From: Actinomycetota bacterium
Lineage (GTDB): Bacteria > Actinomycetota > Thermoleophilia > Solirubrobacterales > JACPNS01
Direction of reading: 5' to 3'
NCBI GenBank assembly: GCA_016213645.1
Contig: JACQZY010000019.1
Span: 4,125 to 68,124, forward strand
Length of the DNA: 64,000 nt
Positions within the stretch are counted from its first letter, which is position 1. Every line of letters begins with the position of its first letter. Under the pieces are notes generated by a model that made no database searches, had not been told where the DNA came from, and saw only the letters and a list, made by a program, of their open reading frames with translations. Positions 1 through 9,153 of this stretch are shown piece after piece. The position numbers and the translations under genes are program-made.

Positions 1-695
1 GCCCGCGCGGCCGCATGAGCGTCATCGGCGTCCAGCACCGCCACGTTTCCACAGATCGCGACCGGTTCGAAGCCGTCGAGCGAGAGTCCGGCACGTTCGC
101 GTCGGCCAAAACCCAGCCCGCGGCCGAATCGAACGGTGTCCGGATCGACCGTGGCCAGCGCACCCACACACGCGGTCGCCCGCGCCAGGCGTCCCGCCGT
201 GGCAATGGCAAGCGCGACCGTGGAGCCGGCGTGGTGGCGCGTCAAAGGCACGATCGCCAGCCGCATCGTGGGCATAAGGAGCGGAAATCCGGCCGCCTCA
301 CGCTCGCGACTCGCGACAGATGTTGCCCCGGGCGCAGCATGAGGCGCAGTAGCTGACAGAAAAGGCAGAGCCGCCGTCTGCAGCACCGTTGACACAGCGG
401 GAAACTCCGCTGCGTGCACCGGGCGCGACCCCGCTGCCGACGCCGCGATCGGCTCCGCTGCCTGCATCGCGTGCGACCCTGACGCCGACGCCGCGATCGG
501 CTCCGCCGTCGGCACCGCGTGCGACCCCGCTGTCGACTCCGCGAACGGCAATCCGGGCCGGCCCGCATGCACCGCCATGAAACCCTCGATCGCAGCACGG
601 TCTACACGACTGCCGCGTCCGAGCACGCTGTCCTGAATCCGCTCCCAGCCACGATGGACGACCGTCGCGGAATCACCTCCGTAGGTTTCGCTCAT
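1..695 (-). CDS. hypothetical repeat-containing protein; C-terminus lies beyond the window start; absent from the supplied ORF track
   Basis: My own translation from ATG 695-693 gives MSETYGGDSATVVHRGWERIQDSVLGRG... I checked codon by codon and the frame has no stop down to position 3. The ATG overlaps the TGA of the upstream TadE-like gene (ATGA at 692-695). It contains 16-aa tandem repeats (GSHAVPTAEPIAASAS / GSHAMQAAEPIAASAA) encoded by a 48-nt DNA repeat at about 400-530. No family recognised. The antisense + ORF 15..356 is Arg-rich junk. Confidence 0.4.
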   Translation of the reverse strand, partial: MSETYGGDSATVVHRGWERIQDSVLGRGSRVDRAAIEGFMAVHAGRPGLPFAESTAGSHAVPTAEPIAASASGSHAMQAAEPIAASAAGSRPVHAAEFPAVSTVLQTAALPFLSATAPHAAPGATSVASREREAAGFPLLMPTMRLAIVPLTRHHAGSTVALAIATAGRLARATACVGALATVDPDTVRFGRGLGFGRRERAGLSLDGFEPVAICGNVAVLDADDAHAAAR

Positions 696-1072
696 GCGCG
701 AACATCCCGGGGGCGTGCCTTCGCCGTTTCAAAGTTCGCGGTGACGTAGAACGCGCGCGAATGCACTGTCAAAAACCGCGAAAGTGGAGGCAGCACCGCC
801 CGCGGCGTGAGCCACACGTCGACCCGGCCGTGATCGCTGCGCACCCGCACGCCGCCGCGCGACCAGCCGGGCAGTGAGTCGCGCGCGGCCCGGCGACCAT
901 CGCGCCCGAGCTGCTCGGCCAGCGCCGCGGCGTGAGCCGCGTTGTCCGCATACACATACGCGGACCCCGCCATCAGCGCCTGACAACACAACAGACCGAA
1001 CACAATCACGAAAGGCACGACGGCGATCAACTCCACGAGTGCCTGGCCGTGACTTCGACGCGGCAAGGTCAT
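692..1072 (-). CDS. TadE-like pseudopilin / Flp pilus-assembly protein
   Basis: The N-terminus HGQALVELIAVVPFVIVFGLL matches the TadE N-terminal motif (G-Q-x-x-V-E followed by a hydrophobic helix). 4-nt overlaps with both neighbouring genes. Confidence 0.6.
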   Translation of the reverse strand: MTLPRRSHGQALVELIAVVPFVIVFGLLCCQALMAGSAYVYADNAAHAAALAEQLGRDGRRAARDSLPGWSRGGVRVRSDHGRVDVWLTPRAVLPPLSRFLTVHSRAFYVTANFETAKARPRDVRA

Positions 1073-1485
1073 CAGCGAAATCCCGCCCGCACCGTAAAGC
1101 GCGGCCCTCGCGCGAAAATCGTCGAAAACGGCGGCGTCAGCTGGGTTCGAACCTGCAGTCGCACATCCCCCGACGCGGTCGCCGACAAGTCACTTCCGGC
1201 GCGCATCGCCGTGGGAAGCAGTCGCCGAGCCGCGCTCCGCGCGCGCGCCAGCGCCGTCGCGCGGCCGCTCCGCGCGGTCTCCACGTCAAGCGTGCGGGCG
1301 GCGACACGTGCCGCCTCGCCGGCGGTCCAGCGCGACTGTCCCGCGATCACAAGCTGCCAGCCGCAGGCGACCACGACCGCCGCAAGCGGCAAGGCGGCAA
1401 GCAACTCAACCGCCGCCTGACCGCGTTGATCTCGAAGCTGTTCGATCATGCCCACGATCCTCGCGGGGATCGTGTGACGATTCAA
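1072..1485 (-). CDS. TadE-like pseudopilin / Flp pilus-assembly protein
   Basis: RGQAAVELLAALPLAAVVVACGW is a TadE-type N-terminal motif. Shares position 1072 with the next TadE-like gene. Confidence 0.6.
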   Translation of the reverse strand: MNRHTIPARIVGMIEQLRDQRGQAAVELLAALPLAAVVVACGWQLVIAGQSRWTAGEAARVAARTLDVETARSGRATALARARSAARRLLPTAMRAGSDLSATASGDVRLQVRTQLTPPFSTIFARGPRFTVRAGFR

Positions 1486-1622
1486 GACCGGTTTGTAACT
1501 AATTCGCTACGAAAGACGAAATATTCAGCGACAAATCAGTCCGGCGAAGCCGCCACGTCGTCAACCGGCCATGCGACCCGACTGGAAGACTCGAAGACGG
1601 CCGAGTTTCGACCGCGGTACGG

Positions 1623-3719
1623 TCAGCGACCGCTACGGCGCAACGAACCGAGCATCGGGTTGCCGGCCGGAACCCCGGCGCGACGGCGATCACCCTTGTC
1701 GCGGTACATCGACGAGTCGGCGCGCGCGACCAAGTCCTCTGAGCCGATGTCGTCCGGACGCTGAAGCGCACAGCCGATCGAAAGCTTGACTTCGAGCGGT
1801 CCAACCTCGCGTTCCAGCCGGGCGGCGAGCTTCTCCAACCCTTCCTCGCTGCTTTCCGGGCAGATGATCACAAATTCGTCACCGCCCAGCCGCGCCGTGA
1901 AGTCCGAACCGCGCGCCGTCGAGCTGATCGCCGCGGCGACCTCCCGCAGCAGCCGATCGCCGGCGAGATGGCCGTGCGTGTCGTTGAAGAGCTTGAAGTG
2001 ATCCAGGTCCACGAAGACCAGACCCAGCGGCCGTCCGTAACGCACCGCGCGGCGCCATTCCTGGCCGAGCATGCGGTCGAAGCCTTCGCGGTTTGCGAGT
2101 CCCGTCAGGTAGTCCAGCTGTGCGATTCGCGCGACGTTCTGCGCGCGGCGGCGTTCACGTACCGACACCACGGAGAGCACCGCCACCGCGAACAGCAAGG
2201 CCAGCAACAGGGCACGGAAAAACAGTGGAATCCCGTCGACGGCGCGCGACACGGCAACGCGACGGCGCAGTTCGTCGCCGGGCTTTGAACCGCCATTTTC
2301 ACCCGCCGCAGAACGCTCGCCCTTTGCATCGTTACCGGACCCGTTCGAACCATTCCCCGAAGTCCCGCGCGAACCGTTCGCAGACTGTCCGCCGTTTACG
2401 AGCGCCCCGGCTACGCCTGCCTGCGAGGCGCCATCAGGCAAATTCGAACTCTCACTGTGGCTTCGCTCGACGATCTTTCGGCGCCCGACGGGGTCGCCGT
2501 CGGTTTGTCCGCCGTGTGAAACCGATCGCTGCTCCTGGCCGCGAATCTTGAGTCCACCAAGCAAAGTGTCGCCTTGCGAATCAGACCCGGGACCGCCGAC
2601 GGACGGCAATTGGGGCGACGAGCCACCGGGCGCACCGGGGTGCTGACCTGCGCCCGGGCCGTTGTTGCCGTTCGAGCCTGAACCGGACCCCGAACCAGAT
2701 CCTGAGCCTGAGCCGGATCCCGCGCCGGATCCCGAACCGGAACCCGATCCCGAGCCGGACCCCGAGCCGGACCCCGCGCCCGAACCCGATCCCGTGCCCG
2801 AGCCGGAACCTGACCCAGTCCCGGACCCGGAGCCCTGCGTGGAGTAGAGCGATGACTTCCACGCCGAGAAGTTCTTACGAGTCTCGCCGATCCGACTCCA
2901 GATGATCGATCGCGTTTGCGCGGCCGCGCCGTGTGTGATCTGCCTGGTCACTTCCATGCGTCCGACCTGACCGAGCAAAGAAACGTATCCACCGATCGCC
3001 GCGCCGAGCGTGGCGCGAGCCGTCGCGATGTTTGAGCCGCTGAATTTCGGAGCCGCCGGAACGGAAACGGCCGGCACGGTGCCGCTTGGCGCAGGCCTGT
3101 CGGAATCCGGCTTGCCGTGACCCGGGTTGCCGCGACCCGAACCGTCACGGTCGGGCCGCTTCTGTGACGGTTTGCCGGGCGCGGACCGGGAGGACTCCGG
3201 CTTGCTCGGCGACGCCTTTCCGGAACCCTTGCCGTCCGAGCCCTGGTTTCCGGCATTCTGACCGCTCTGGCCGGAGCTACCGCTCGACGGTGAACCGGCC
3301 GCGGGCGGGCTGGATTGTGTCTGACCAGACTGGGATTGGCCGGACTGGGATTGGCCGGATTGGGATTGGCCGGATTGGGATTGGCCGGATTGGGGCTGAC
3401 CCGTCTGCGACTGCCCTGACTGCGACTGCCCTGTCTGGGACTGACCGGATTGGGGCTGACCGGATTGGCTCTGATCAGACTGCGGCTGACCGGTCTGCGC
3501 CTGTCCCGACTGACTCTGGTCCGACTGGGGCTTGCCGTGCCCGGGCCAGCCGAAGCCCTTCTTGTCGTGACCGCCGCCGCGCCCTCCGTCACCCCGGTGA
3601 GCCGAGGCGCCATCGGGTGACAACGCGATCACACACGCCGCCACAAGCGCGGCCGCGGCCAACGCGACCGCCAAACGAGCGACGACGCCGCGATGGGACC
3701 CGGCGATGCTTTTCGCCAT
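1623..3719 (-). CDS. membrane-anchored diguanylate cyclase (GGDEF) with a long low-complexity extracytoplasmic region
   Basis: C-terminal GGDEF domain ([10 protein letters not shown]...[20 protein letters not shown]...[13 protein letters not shown]) with an RxxD I-site (RGSD) five residues before GGDEF. TM segment [22 protein letters not shown] precedes it. N-terminal signal/[26 protein letters not shown] 3719 (MAKSIAG...) preferred over the track start at 3806. Confidence 0.85.
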   Translation of the reverse strand: MAKSIAGSHRGVVARLAVALAAAALVAACVIALSPDGASAHRGDGGRGGGHDKKGFGWPGHGKPQSDQSQSGQAQTGQPQSDQSQSGQPQSGQSQTGQSQSGQSQTGQPQSGQSQSGQSQSGQSQSGQSQSGQTQSSPPAAGSPSSGSSGQSGQNAGNQGSDGKGSGKASPSKPESSRSAPGKPSQKRPDRDGSGRGNPGHGKPDSDRPAPSGTVPAVSVPAAPKFSGSNIATARATLGAAIGGYVSLLGQVGRMEVTRQITHGAAAQTRSIIWSRIGETRKNFSAWKSSLYSTQGSGSGTGSGSGSGTGSGSGAGSGSGSGSGSGSGSGSGAGSGSGSGSGSGSGSGSNGNNGPGAGQHPGAPGGSSPQLPSVGGPGSDSQGDTLLGGLKIRGQEQRSVSHGGQTDGDPVGRRKIVERSHSESSNLPDGASQAGVAGALVNGGQSANGSRGTSGNGSNGSGNDAKGERSAAGENGGSKPGDELRRRVAVSRAVDGIPLFFRALLLALLFAVAVLSVVSVRERRRAQNVARIAQLDYLTGLANREGFDRMLGQEWRRAVRYGRPLGLVFVDLDHFKLFNDTHGHLAGDRLLREVAAAISSTARGSDFTARLGGDEFVIICPESSEEGLEKLAARLEREVGPLEVKLSIGCALQRPDDIGSEDLVARADSSMYRDKGDRRRAGVPAGNPMLGSLRRSGR

Positions 3720-3893
3720 GACCAACAAGGTGACCGGAACGTAACTGACCCCCCGGTCGGAAAAGGTCCATAAAACCTTCGAAGGCGAAACGATTAACAC
3801 CTGCAAAGAGCAGGTTATTGAACGTCCACGCCGACGCCGCCGTCACCGTCAAAGCCGACGCCGGCAAACGAAACGACACCCCACCCCACAAGT

Positions 3894-4322
3894 TCAGTAT
3901 GTGTAACGCCGCGACTCTCGCCAGACCCAGTACAGCGCCGCGCCGCATCCGCCGAGCGTGCACAGCCAGAGCAGCAGACCCGCGCTGCCGGCGATCTCGT
4001 CAAATCGAGCCCGCCCCACGATCGTCAGCGTCGCCAGCGCGAGCGCGCCGAAGAGCACGGCGCGGTCTCGGTCCGGCAGCTCCGCCAGACGGCCCGATTG
4101 CGCGCGATACGTGCGCCAACCGGCCGCCGCACCGGCGGCCAGAAAACCGGCTTGTAGCGCGGCGGAAATCACCTGCGTGACATCGCTTCCACGCGGCGCG
4201 GCCACAAGCACCCCCGCAACCACCAGGATCGCGACGACACCCACAATCATGCGCTTACGGTCTCCCGCGAAATCGTTCATAACCGAGATGATGCCGCAAC
4301 GCGCGGCCGAAGCGGGCCTCAA
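3894..4322 (-). CDS. small integral membrane protein (about 4 TM), unknown function
   Basis: Hydrophobic segments (IVGVVAILVVAGVLVAA, AGFLAAGAAAGW, LFGALALATLTIV, LLLWLCTLGGCGAALYWVW). TTGA overlap with the DUF47 gene stop; an alternative ATG lies at 4280. Confidence 0.5.
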   Translation of the reverse strand: MRPASAARCGIISVMNDFAGDRKRMIVGVVAILVVAGVLVAAPRGSDVTQVISAALQAGFLAAGAAAGWRTYRAQSGRLAELPDRDRAVLFGALALATLTIVGRARFDEIAGSAGLLLWLCTLGGCGAALYWVWRESRRYTY

Positions 4323-4933
4323 CCCTCCAGGCTGCCGCCCTCAAGCGCATGTGCCACGTCTTCGCAGGCGTCGATCGCTTGTTCCATTTGTTCGAAGATG
4401 TCCTTCCAGCGAATCACGACCATCGGATCCACCCCACCCTCGAACAACGACGCGATCGCATCGCGCGAGATCCGGTCGCCGTCGTTCTCAAGACGGTGGA
4501 TCTCGATGATCGCGTCGCTCATCGGTTCGCCCCCGCGCAGCGTGCCGACCGCCACGACAATCTGGCCGCAGGCTTCATGCAGAACTTGCGCCAGCGACAG
4601 GGCCTGGTCCATCGGCGCCTCGATCTTGTAGAGGTTGAACGAGTCCGCGATCTGCTCCGTGTGGTCGACCACATCGTCGAGCGCGGTCGCGAGCCGGTGC
4701 ACGGCGCCGCGCGCCATCGGTGGCCGGGCGCCTTCGGCCAGTCGCCGCAGAAGCGTGTGGGTGATGCCGTCGCCCTCCTGCTCGCAGAGCAGGATCTCGC
4801 GCGCGAGGTCGGCGTGCTCGGGGTAGCCGTCGATCATCGCCACCAGCAGGCTCCCGGCGCGTTCGGCGTTGGCCGCCGCGCGCTCGAAGAGCTCGAAATA
4901 TTCGTCGGAACCGCGGCGGGCGATCGGGCTCAC
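4319..4933 (-). CDS. DUF47 family protein (PhoU-like, usually a Pit-accessory phosphate regulator)
   Basis: 204 aa. YFELFERAAANAE...EQEGDGITHTLLRRL...ALDDVVDHTEQIAD...IEIHRLENDGDRISRDAI...WKDIFEQMEQAIDACEDVA is the typical DUF47/YkaA pattern. 4-nt overlap with the upstream regulator gene. Confidence 0.8.
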   Translation of the reverse strand: MSPIARRGSDEYFELFERAAANAERAGSLLVAMIDGYPEHADLAREILLCEQEGDGITHTLLRRLAEGARPPMARGAVHRLATALDDVVDHTEQIADSFNLYKIEAPMDQALSLAQVLHEACGQIVVAVGTLRGGEPMSDAIIEIHRLENDGDRISRDAIASLFEGGVDPMVVIRWKDIFEQMEQAIDACEDVAHALEGGSLEG

Positions 4934-5826
4934 CGTGTCTTCGCGGGAACGAATGGACTCGGGCCGGCCGCCGTGACACCGGAGTCCGGCACGATCCGCG
5001 AAGCAGCCTCGGCCGTCGGCGCATCGCCGTTGCCGACGCGCTCGGCCGAAATCCGACCGGCGCCCGTTGTCTCGTCCTCGGCGGCGGCAGCGTTCGCCAG
5101 ACCCCGGTCAACAGGCTCGGCGTCGAACCGGTATCCGATGCCGAAATGCGTGTGGATGTAGCGCCAGCCGGGCGAAGCAGCCTCCAGCTTGTGTCGCAGC
5201 TTGCGCACGAAAACATCCACCGAGCGGTCCCCGCGCGCCATCGCGTAACCCCACACACGGTGGTAGATGTCGTCGCGCGAGAGCACACGGCCGTCGCTGC
5301 GGGCGAGCAAAAGCAAAAGCTCGTACTCGCGTTTGGTCAGCTCGACGGTGCGGCCCGCGGACAGCAGCTCGTAGCGGTCGAGCCTGAATTCCAGTTCGCC
5401 GGTGACCAATGGGCCGGCCTCGCCGACCTCTTCCAATGCAGTCTTGTTGTGGCGTCGCGTGACTGCCTCGATGCGCGCCACCACCTCTTCCGGATGACAC
5501 GGCTTGCCGATCCAATCGTCAACGCCCAATCGCAGGCCACGCACGCGCTGCGCGACGGAGCTCTGCCCGGAACAGACCAGCAGTCCCACCAGCGGCTGAG
5601 CCTCGGCGAAGCTCTGTAGGTATTCCCAGGAAAGCGTGCCCAGCAGCGCCGGGTTGACGACGATTGCGGCAGGGCGCATCGCGGCCAGTTCTTCCACTCG
5701 CGGCGCCGCCGTGGTCACGACGTGATCCCATCCAGCGGCCTCCAGGCGATTGCGCAGCACCGTCACGAAGCCGGAGTCGTCGTCGATCACCACAACCGTG
5801 CGGGGGGATTTGTCGCTGCTGGCCAT
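4930..5826 (-). CDS. OmpR/PhoB-family response regulator with Asn in place of the phosphoacceptor Asp
   Basis: Receiver domain (VVVIDDD...AAIVVNPALLG...LLVCSGQ...DDWIGKP) plus winged helix (LTKREYELLLLLA...VWGY...RSVDVFVRKLRHKL...HTHFGIGYRF). The PhoB DLILLDWMLPG position reads AAIVVNPALLG, with codon AAC at 5653-5655. ATG 5826 preferred because the longer track start (5919) would run into the PHO-box repeats. Confidence 0.8.
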   Translation of the reverse strand: MASSDKSPRTVVVIDDDSGFVTVLRNRLEAAGWDHVVTTAAPRVEELAAMRPAAIVVNPALLGTLSWEYLQSFAEAQPLVGLLVCSGQSSVAQRVRGLRLGVDDWIGKPCHPEEVVARIEAVTRRHNKTALEEVGEAGPLVTGELEFRLDRYELLSAGRTVELTKREYELLLLLARSDGRVLSRDDIYHRVWGYAMARGDRSVDVFVRKLRHKLEAASPGWRYIHTHFGIGYRFDAEPVDRGLANAAAAEDETTGAGRISAERVGNGDAPTAEAASRIVPDSGVTAAGPSPFVPAKTR

Positions 5827-5913
5827 AACTGGGATCTTGCCGCGAAGTTCGGTCGCCGTCCCGGCCACCGGTTCGATCGAATGGTAACGGCCCGCGGCCC
5901 GTGCGGATGCGGC

Positions 5914-5957
5914 GTTCACAAGCTTTTCACAACCTCGTCACAGGCTGTTAACTAGCG
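5914..5957 (+). promoter_or_regulatory. PHO-box-like array of four 11-nt direct repeat units upstream of pstS
   Basis: gttcacaagct / tttcacaacct / cgtcacaggct / gttaactagcg are contiguous with exact 11-nt phasing. Core GTTCAC/TTCAC. About 70 nt upstream of the pstS ATG, in the divergent intergenic region. Confidence 0.5.
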
Positions 5958-6027
5958 TCCCGCCCGGGCAGTGCAAGATCACCGCAACCATTCTGAAACT
6001 TTTTATCCGAAAGGACACAAACTGCCA

Positions 6028-6969
6028 ATGAAGACCTCGCTTAAATCACCGCTCGCGCCGGTAGTGGCCGTAGTCGCCCTGCTGGCGACCGCGCTGGCCG
6101 GCTGCGGAGGCGGCTCGACCGGCGGATCAAACCTGTCCGGTACCGTCAAGGTGGACGGCTCCAGCACGGTTTACCCGTTCGCTCAGGCCGCGGCCGAGGA
6201 GTTTCAGGGCAAGAACGGCGGAGTCAAGGTGACAGTCGGCGAGTCCGGCACCGGCGGCGGCTTCGAGAAGTTCTGCGCCGGCGAGACCGACATCTCGAAC
6301 GCGTCTCGGCCGATCGAGCCTGAAGAGAAGGCTGCATGCAAGAAGAAGGGGATCGAGTACCGCGAACTGCAGGTGGCCAACGACGGCATCGCAATCGTCT
6401 CCAACCCCGCTCTGAAGATCGAGTGCCTCTCTACCGATGAGCTCAAGCGCATCTGGAACAAGGGCTCGAAAGTGCAGTCCGCCGCCGACGTCAAAAGCGG
6501 TCTGCCCAGTACCACGCTCAGCCTCTACGGCCCGGGCACGGACTCCGGCACGTTTGACTACTTCACCGGTCAGATCAACGGCGAAGAGGGCGCCAGCCGC
6601 ACCGACTATCAACCGTCTGAAGACGACAACGTACTGGTGCAGGGCGTGTCCGGCGACAAGGGCGGCCTGGGTTACTTCGGCTTCAGCTACTTCGAGCAGA
6701 ACAGCGACAAACTCAATCTCGTGGCCGTAGACGGCGGCAATGGTTGCGTCAAGCCCGACGCCAAATCGATTCAGGACGGCAGCTACAAGCCGCTCGCCCG
6801 CCCGATCTTCATGTACGTCTCGGAGAGCGAATTGGCTCGCGAAGAGGTTAAGCAGTTCCTGGCCTTCGCGCTCGACAGCCACGCCGAGATCTCGGATGTC
6901 GCGAAGATCGTGCCGATGAGCGAAAGCCAGGCCGCAAAGGCCAAGGAGACGTTGAATGCCGGCGCCTAG
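6028..6969 (+). CDS. pstS: phosphate ABC transporter substrate-binding lipoprotein PstS
   Basis: Lipoprotein signal MKTSLKSPLAPVVAVVALLATALAGCGG. GSSTVYPF and the SRPI..E phosphate-binding family pattern. First gene of pstSCAB-phoU. Confidence 0.9.
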   Translation: MKTSLKSPLAPVVAVVALLATALAGCGGGSTGGSNLSGTVKVDGSSTVYPFAQAAAEEFQGKNGGVKVTVGESGTGGGFEKFCAGETDISNASRPIEPEEKAACKKKGIEYRELQVANDGIAIVSNPALKIECLSTDELKRIWNKGSKVQSAADVKSGLPSTTLSLYGPGTDSGTFDYFTGQINGEEGASRTDYQPSEDDNVLVQGVSGDKGGLGYFGFSYFEQNSDKLNLVAVDGGNGCVKPDAKSIQDGSYKPLARPIFMYVSESELAREEVKQFLAFALDSHAEISDVAKIVPMSESQAAKAKETLNAGA

Positions 6970-7131
6970 AGGCGCTGGCGTTCGACCGGTCGGCGGGTCA
7001 GAATTGCCACTGAGGAAATTCGCCGGAGATACCGGCCGAGGAGTCGGGCCGCGGACACTCATCGCGGGCACTCGCTGAGAAAACTTCCATGAGGCAACTT
7101 CGATGAAGAGATACCCGGAGACCAGTCCGGC

Positions 7132-8079
7132 ATGAAGCAGTTGACGGCCATGTTGTCAGCGCCGAAGACGGCCGCCCCGCCGGCCGTCTTCGCGCGCCAA
7201 CGCCCGCGATACGCGGAAAAGCTGATCGAGGCGTCACTGCTGGCCGCGGCGCTACTTACGATCCTCACGACGCTCGGCATCGTGTACGCGTTGTTTCGCG
7301 AAACGATCAGCTTTCTCGGCGAAGTGCCGCTGACGGACTTCTTGTTCGGCACCGAGTGGCACCCCCTTTTCAACCCGCCCGCCTATGGTGTTCTGCCGCT
7401 GGTGACGGGCACTTTGGCGGTCACCGGCATCGCGCTGATCGTCGCGGTGCCGCTTGGCGTGGGTTCGGCGATCTACTTGAGCGAGTACGCGTCCAAGCGC
7501 ACCCGCAAAACAATCAAACCGATCCTCGAAACGCTCGCCGGAGTGCCCACGGTGGTCTTCGGTTTCTTTGCACTGACGCTGGTGACGCCGTTTCTGCGCG
7601 ACATCGGCATCAACGTAGACGTCTTCAACGGACTCTCGGGCGGACTTGTTGTGGGCATCCTGGTGGTGCCGACGATCGCCTCGATCGCCGAGGACGCGCT
7701 TTCCGCCGTGCCGAGCGGGCTGCGCGAGGCCAGTTACGGCCTGGGCGCCACCAAGTACCAGACCTCGACCAAGGTGATCGTGCCGGCGGCGCTGTCGGGC
7801 ATTGTCGCCGGCGTGGTGCTGGGCGCTTCACGTGCGGTCGGCGAGACGATGGTCGTGCTGCTGGCGGCCGGCCAGCGGCCAAATCTCACGTTCGACATGC
7901 GCGAGCCGGTCGAGACGATGACGGCGTTCATCGCCGCCACCGGCAAGGGCGACATCCCGACCGGGTCGATCGACTACAAGACGATCTTCGCCGTCGGCGC
8001 ACTGCTGTTCGTGATGACCTTTGTGCTGAACATGCTCAGCAATTTCATCGTCGGGCGTTTCCGTGAGGAATACGAATGA
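7132..8079 (+). CDS. pstC: phosphate ABC transporter permease PstC
   Basis: 315 aa multi-TM permease. EAA-like loop LREASYGLGATKYQT. Position between pstS and pstA. Confidence 0.9.
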   Translation: MKQLTAMLSAPKTAAPPAVFARQRPRYAEKLIEASLLAAALLTILTTLGIVYALFRETISFLGEVPLTDFLFGTEWHPLFNPPAYGVLPLVTGTLAVTGIALIVAVPLGVGSAIYLSEYASKRTRKTIKPILETLAGVPTVVFGFFALTLVTPFLRDIGINVDVFNGLSGGLVVGILVVPTIASIAEDALSAVPSGLREASYGLGATKYQTSTKVIVPAALSGIVAGVVLGASRAVGETMVVLLAAGQRPNLTFDMREPVETMTAFIAATGKGDIPTGSIDYKTIFAVGALLFVMTFVLNMLSNFIVGRFREEYE

Positions 8080-9062
8080 GCGACTCACGCCGCCGCCTGC
8101 GTCGCCCCAGCCACCGCCCCAGCGACCGCGTCTCGCGCACGGCGGCCGCCGCGGGCGCGGCTGTTGGCGGATCGCTCGCGGTCCCGGTCGACGCCGACCA
8201 CCTGCCGCGTGCCACGCGCCGCGACGTGGTCCGAGAGCGCTACTTCAAGTTTTCGCTGATCGCCTGTGTGGCGGTTTCGCTGATCGTGCTGGCGATTCTG
8301 CTGATCGACATCGTTCGCCAGGGAGCCGGCGCGCTGAGCATGGACTTCCTCAACAACTTTCCGTCGGCGTTTCCCGAGCGCGCAGGCGTGCAGTCGGCGG
8401 TCATGGGCACGCTCTGGCTGATGGCGATCTGCGCCTTCTTCGTGGTGCCCACCGGCGTCGCCGCGGCGATCTACCTGGAGGAGTATGCCGACCGCAAGCG
8501 CTGGTTCAACCGCGCGATCGAGGTGAACGTGCAGAACCTCGCGGCCGTGCCTTCAATCGTTTACGGCATCCTCGGATTGGCGTTCCTGGTGCGCGGACCG
8601 TTCGGCTTCGGCCGCAGCGTGCTGGCGGGCGGCCTCACGCTCGGTCTGCTGGTGCTGCCGGTCGTGGTGATCGCCTCGCGTGAGGCGCTGCGCGCCGTGC
8701 CTTCCAGTATTCGCGAGGGCGCGATGGCGCTGGGCGCCACCAAATGGCAGGCGATCTGGCACCAGGTACTGCCGTCGGCGATCCCCGGCATCTCGACCGG
8801 CGCGATCTTGGCGCTCTCGCGGGCGATCGGAGAGACCGCGCCGCTGATCATGGTCGGCGCCGCCACCTACGTGGCCTTCAACCCTGACGGCCTGAACTCC
8901 GCGTTCACCGCGCTGCCGCTGCAGATCTACAGCTGGCTCTCCAGCCCACAAGAGGAGTTCAAGCTACTCGCCGCCGGTGCGATCATTGTGCTGATGGCAA
9001 TGCTTTTGGCGATCAACTCGATCGCGATCGTGATCCGCAACCGCTACGAGCGCAAGTGGTGA
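8076..9062 (+). CDS. pstA: phosphate ABC transporter permease PstA
   Basis: 328 aa permease. [17 protein letters not shown] loop. ATGA overlap with pstC. Confidence 0.9.
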   Translation: MSDSRRRLRRPSHRPSDRVSRTAAAAGAAVGGSLAVPVDADHLPRATRRDVVRERYFKFSLIACVAVSLIVLAILLIDIVRQGAGALSMDFLNNFPSAFPERAGVQSAVMGTLWLMAICAFFVVPTGVAAAIYLEEYADRKRWFNRAIEVNVQNLAAVPSIVYGILGLAFLVRGPFGFGRSVLAGGLTLGLLVLPVVVIASREALRAVPSSIREGAMALGATKWQAIWHQVLPSAIPGISTGAILALSRAIGETAPLIMVGAATYVAFNPDGLNSAFTALPLQIYSWLSSPQEEFKLLAAGAIIVLMAMLLAINSIAIVIRNRYERKW

Positions 9063-9153
9063 GGAGCGCGCCAACGATGTCCCCGTCAGACAGCACAGCA
9101 ATCGGCGAAGCAGTCGGCACACCATCAAGCACCGCGACAAGCAGGAGCGGCCC

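Noticed and set aside
15-356. 113-aa plus-strand ORF at the window start
   Set aside because: Arg-rich (RGRPRQASRRGNGKRDRG) and exactly antisense, in codon phase, to the longer minus-strand frame that is translationally coupled to the TadE-like gene. The minus-strand reading is preferred, though with modest confidence.
5827-5919. Longer start (5919) for the atypical response regulator
   Set aside because: It would add 31 non-conserved residues and place coding sequence over the first PHO-box-like repeat unit. The receiver domain aligns from MASSDKSPRTVVVIDDD (ATG 5826).
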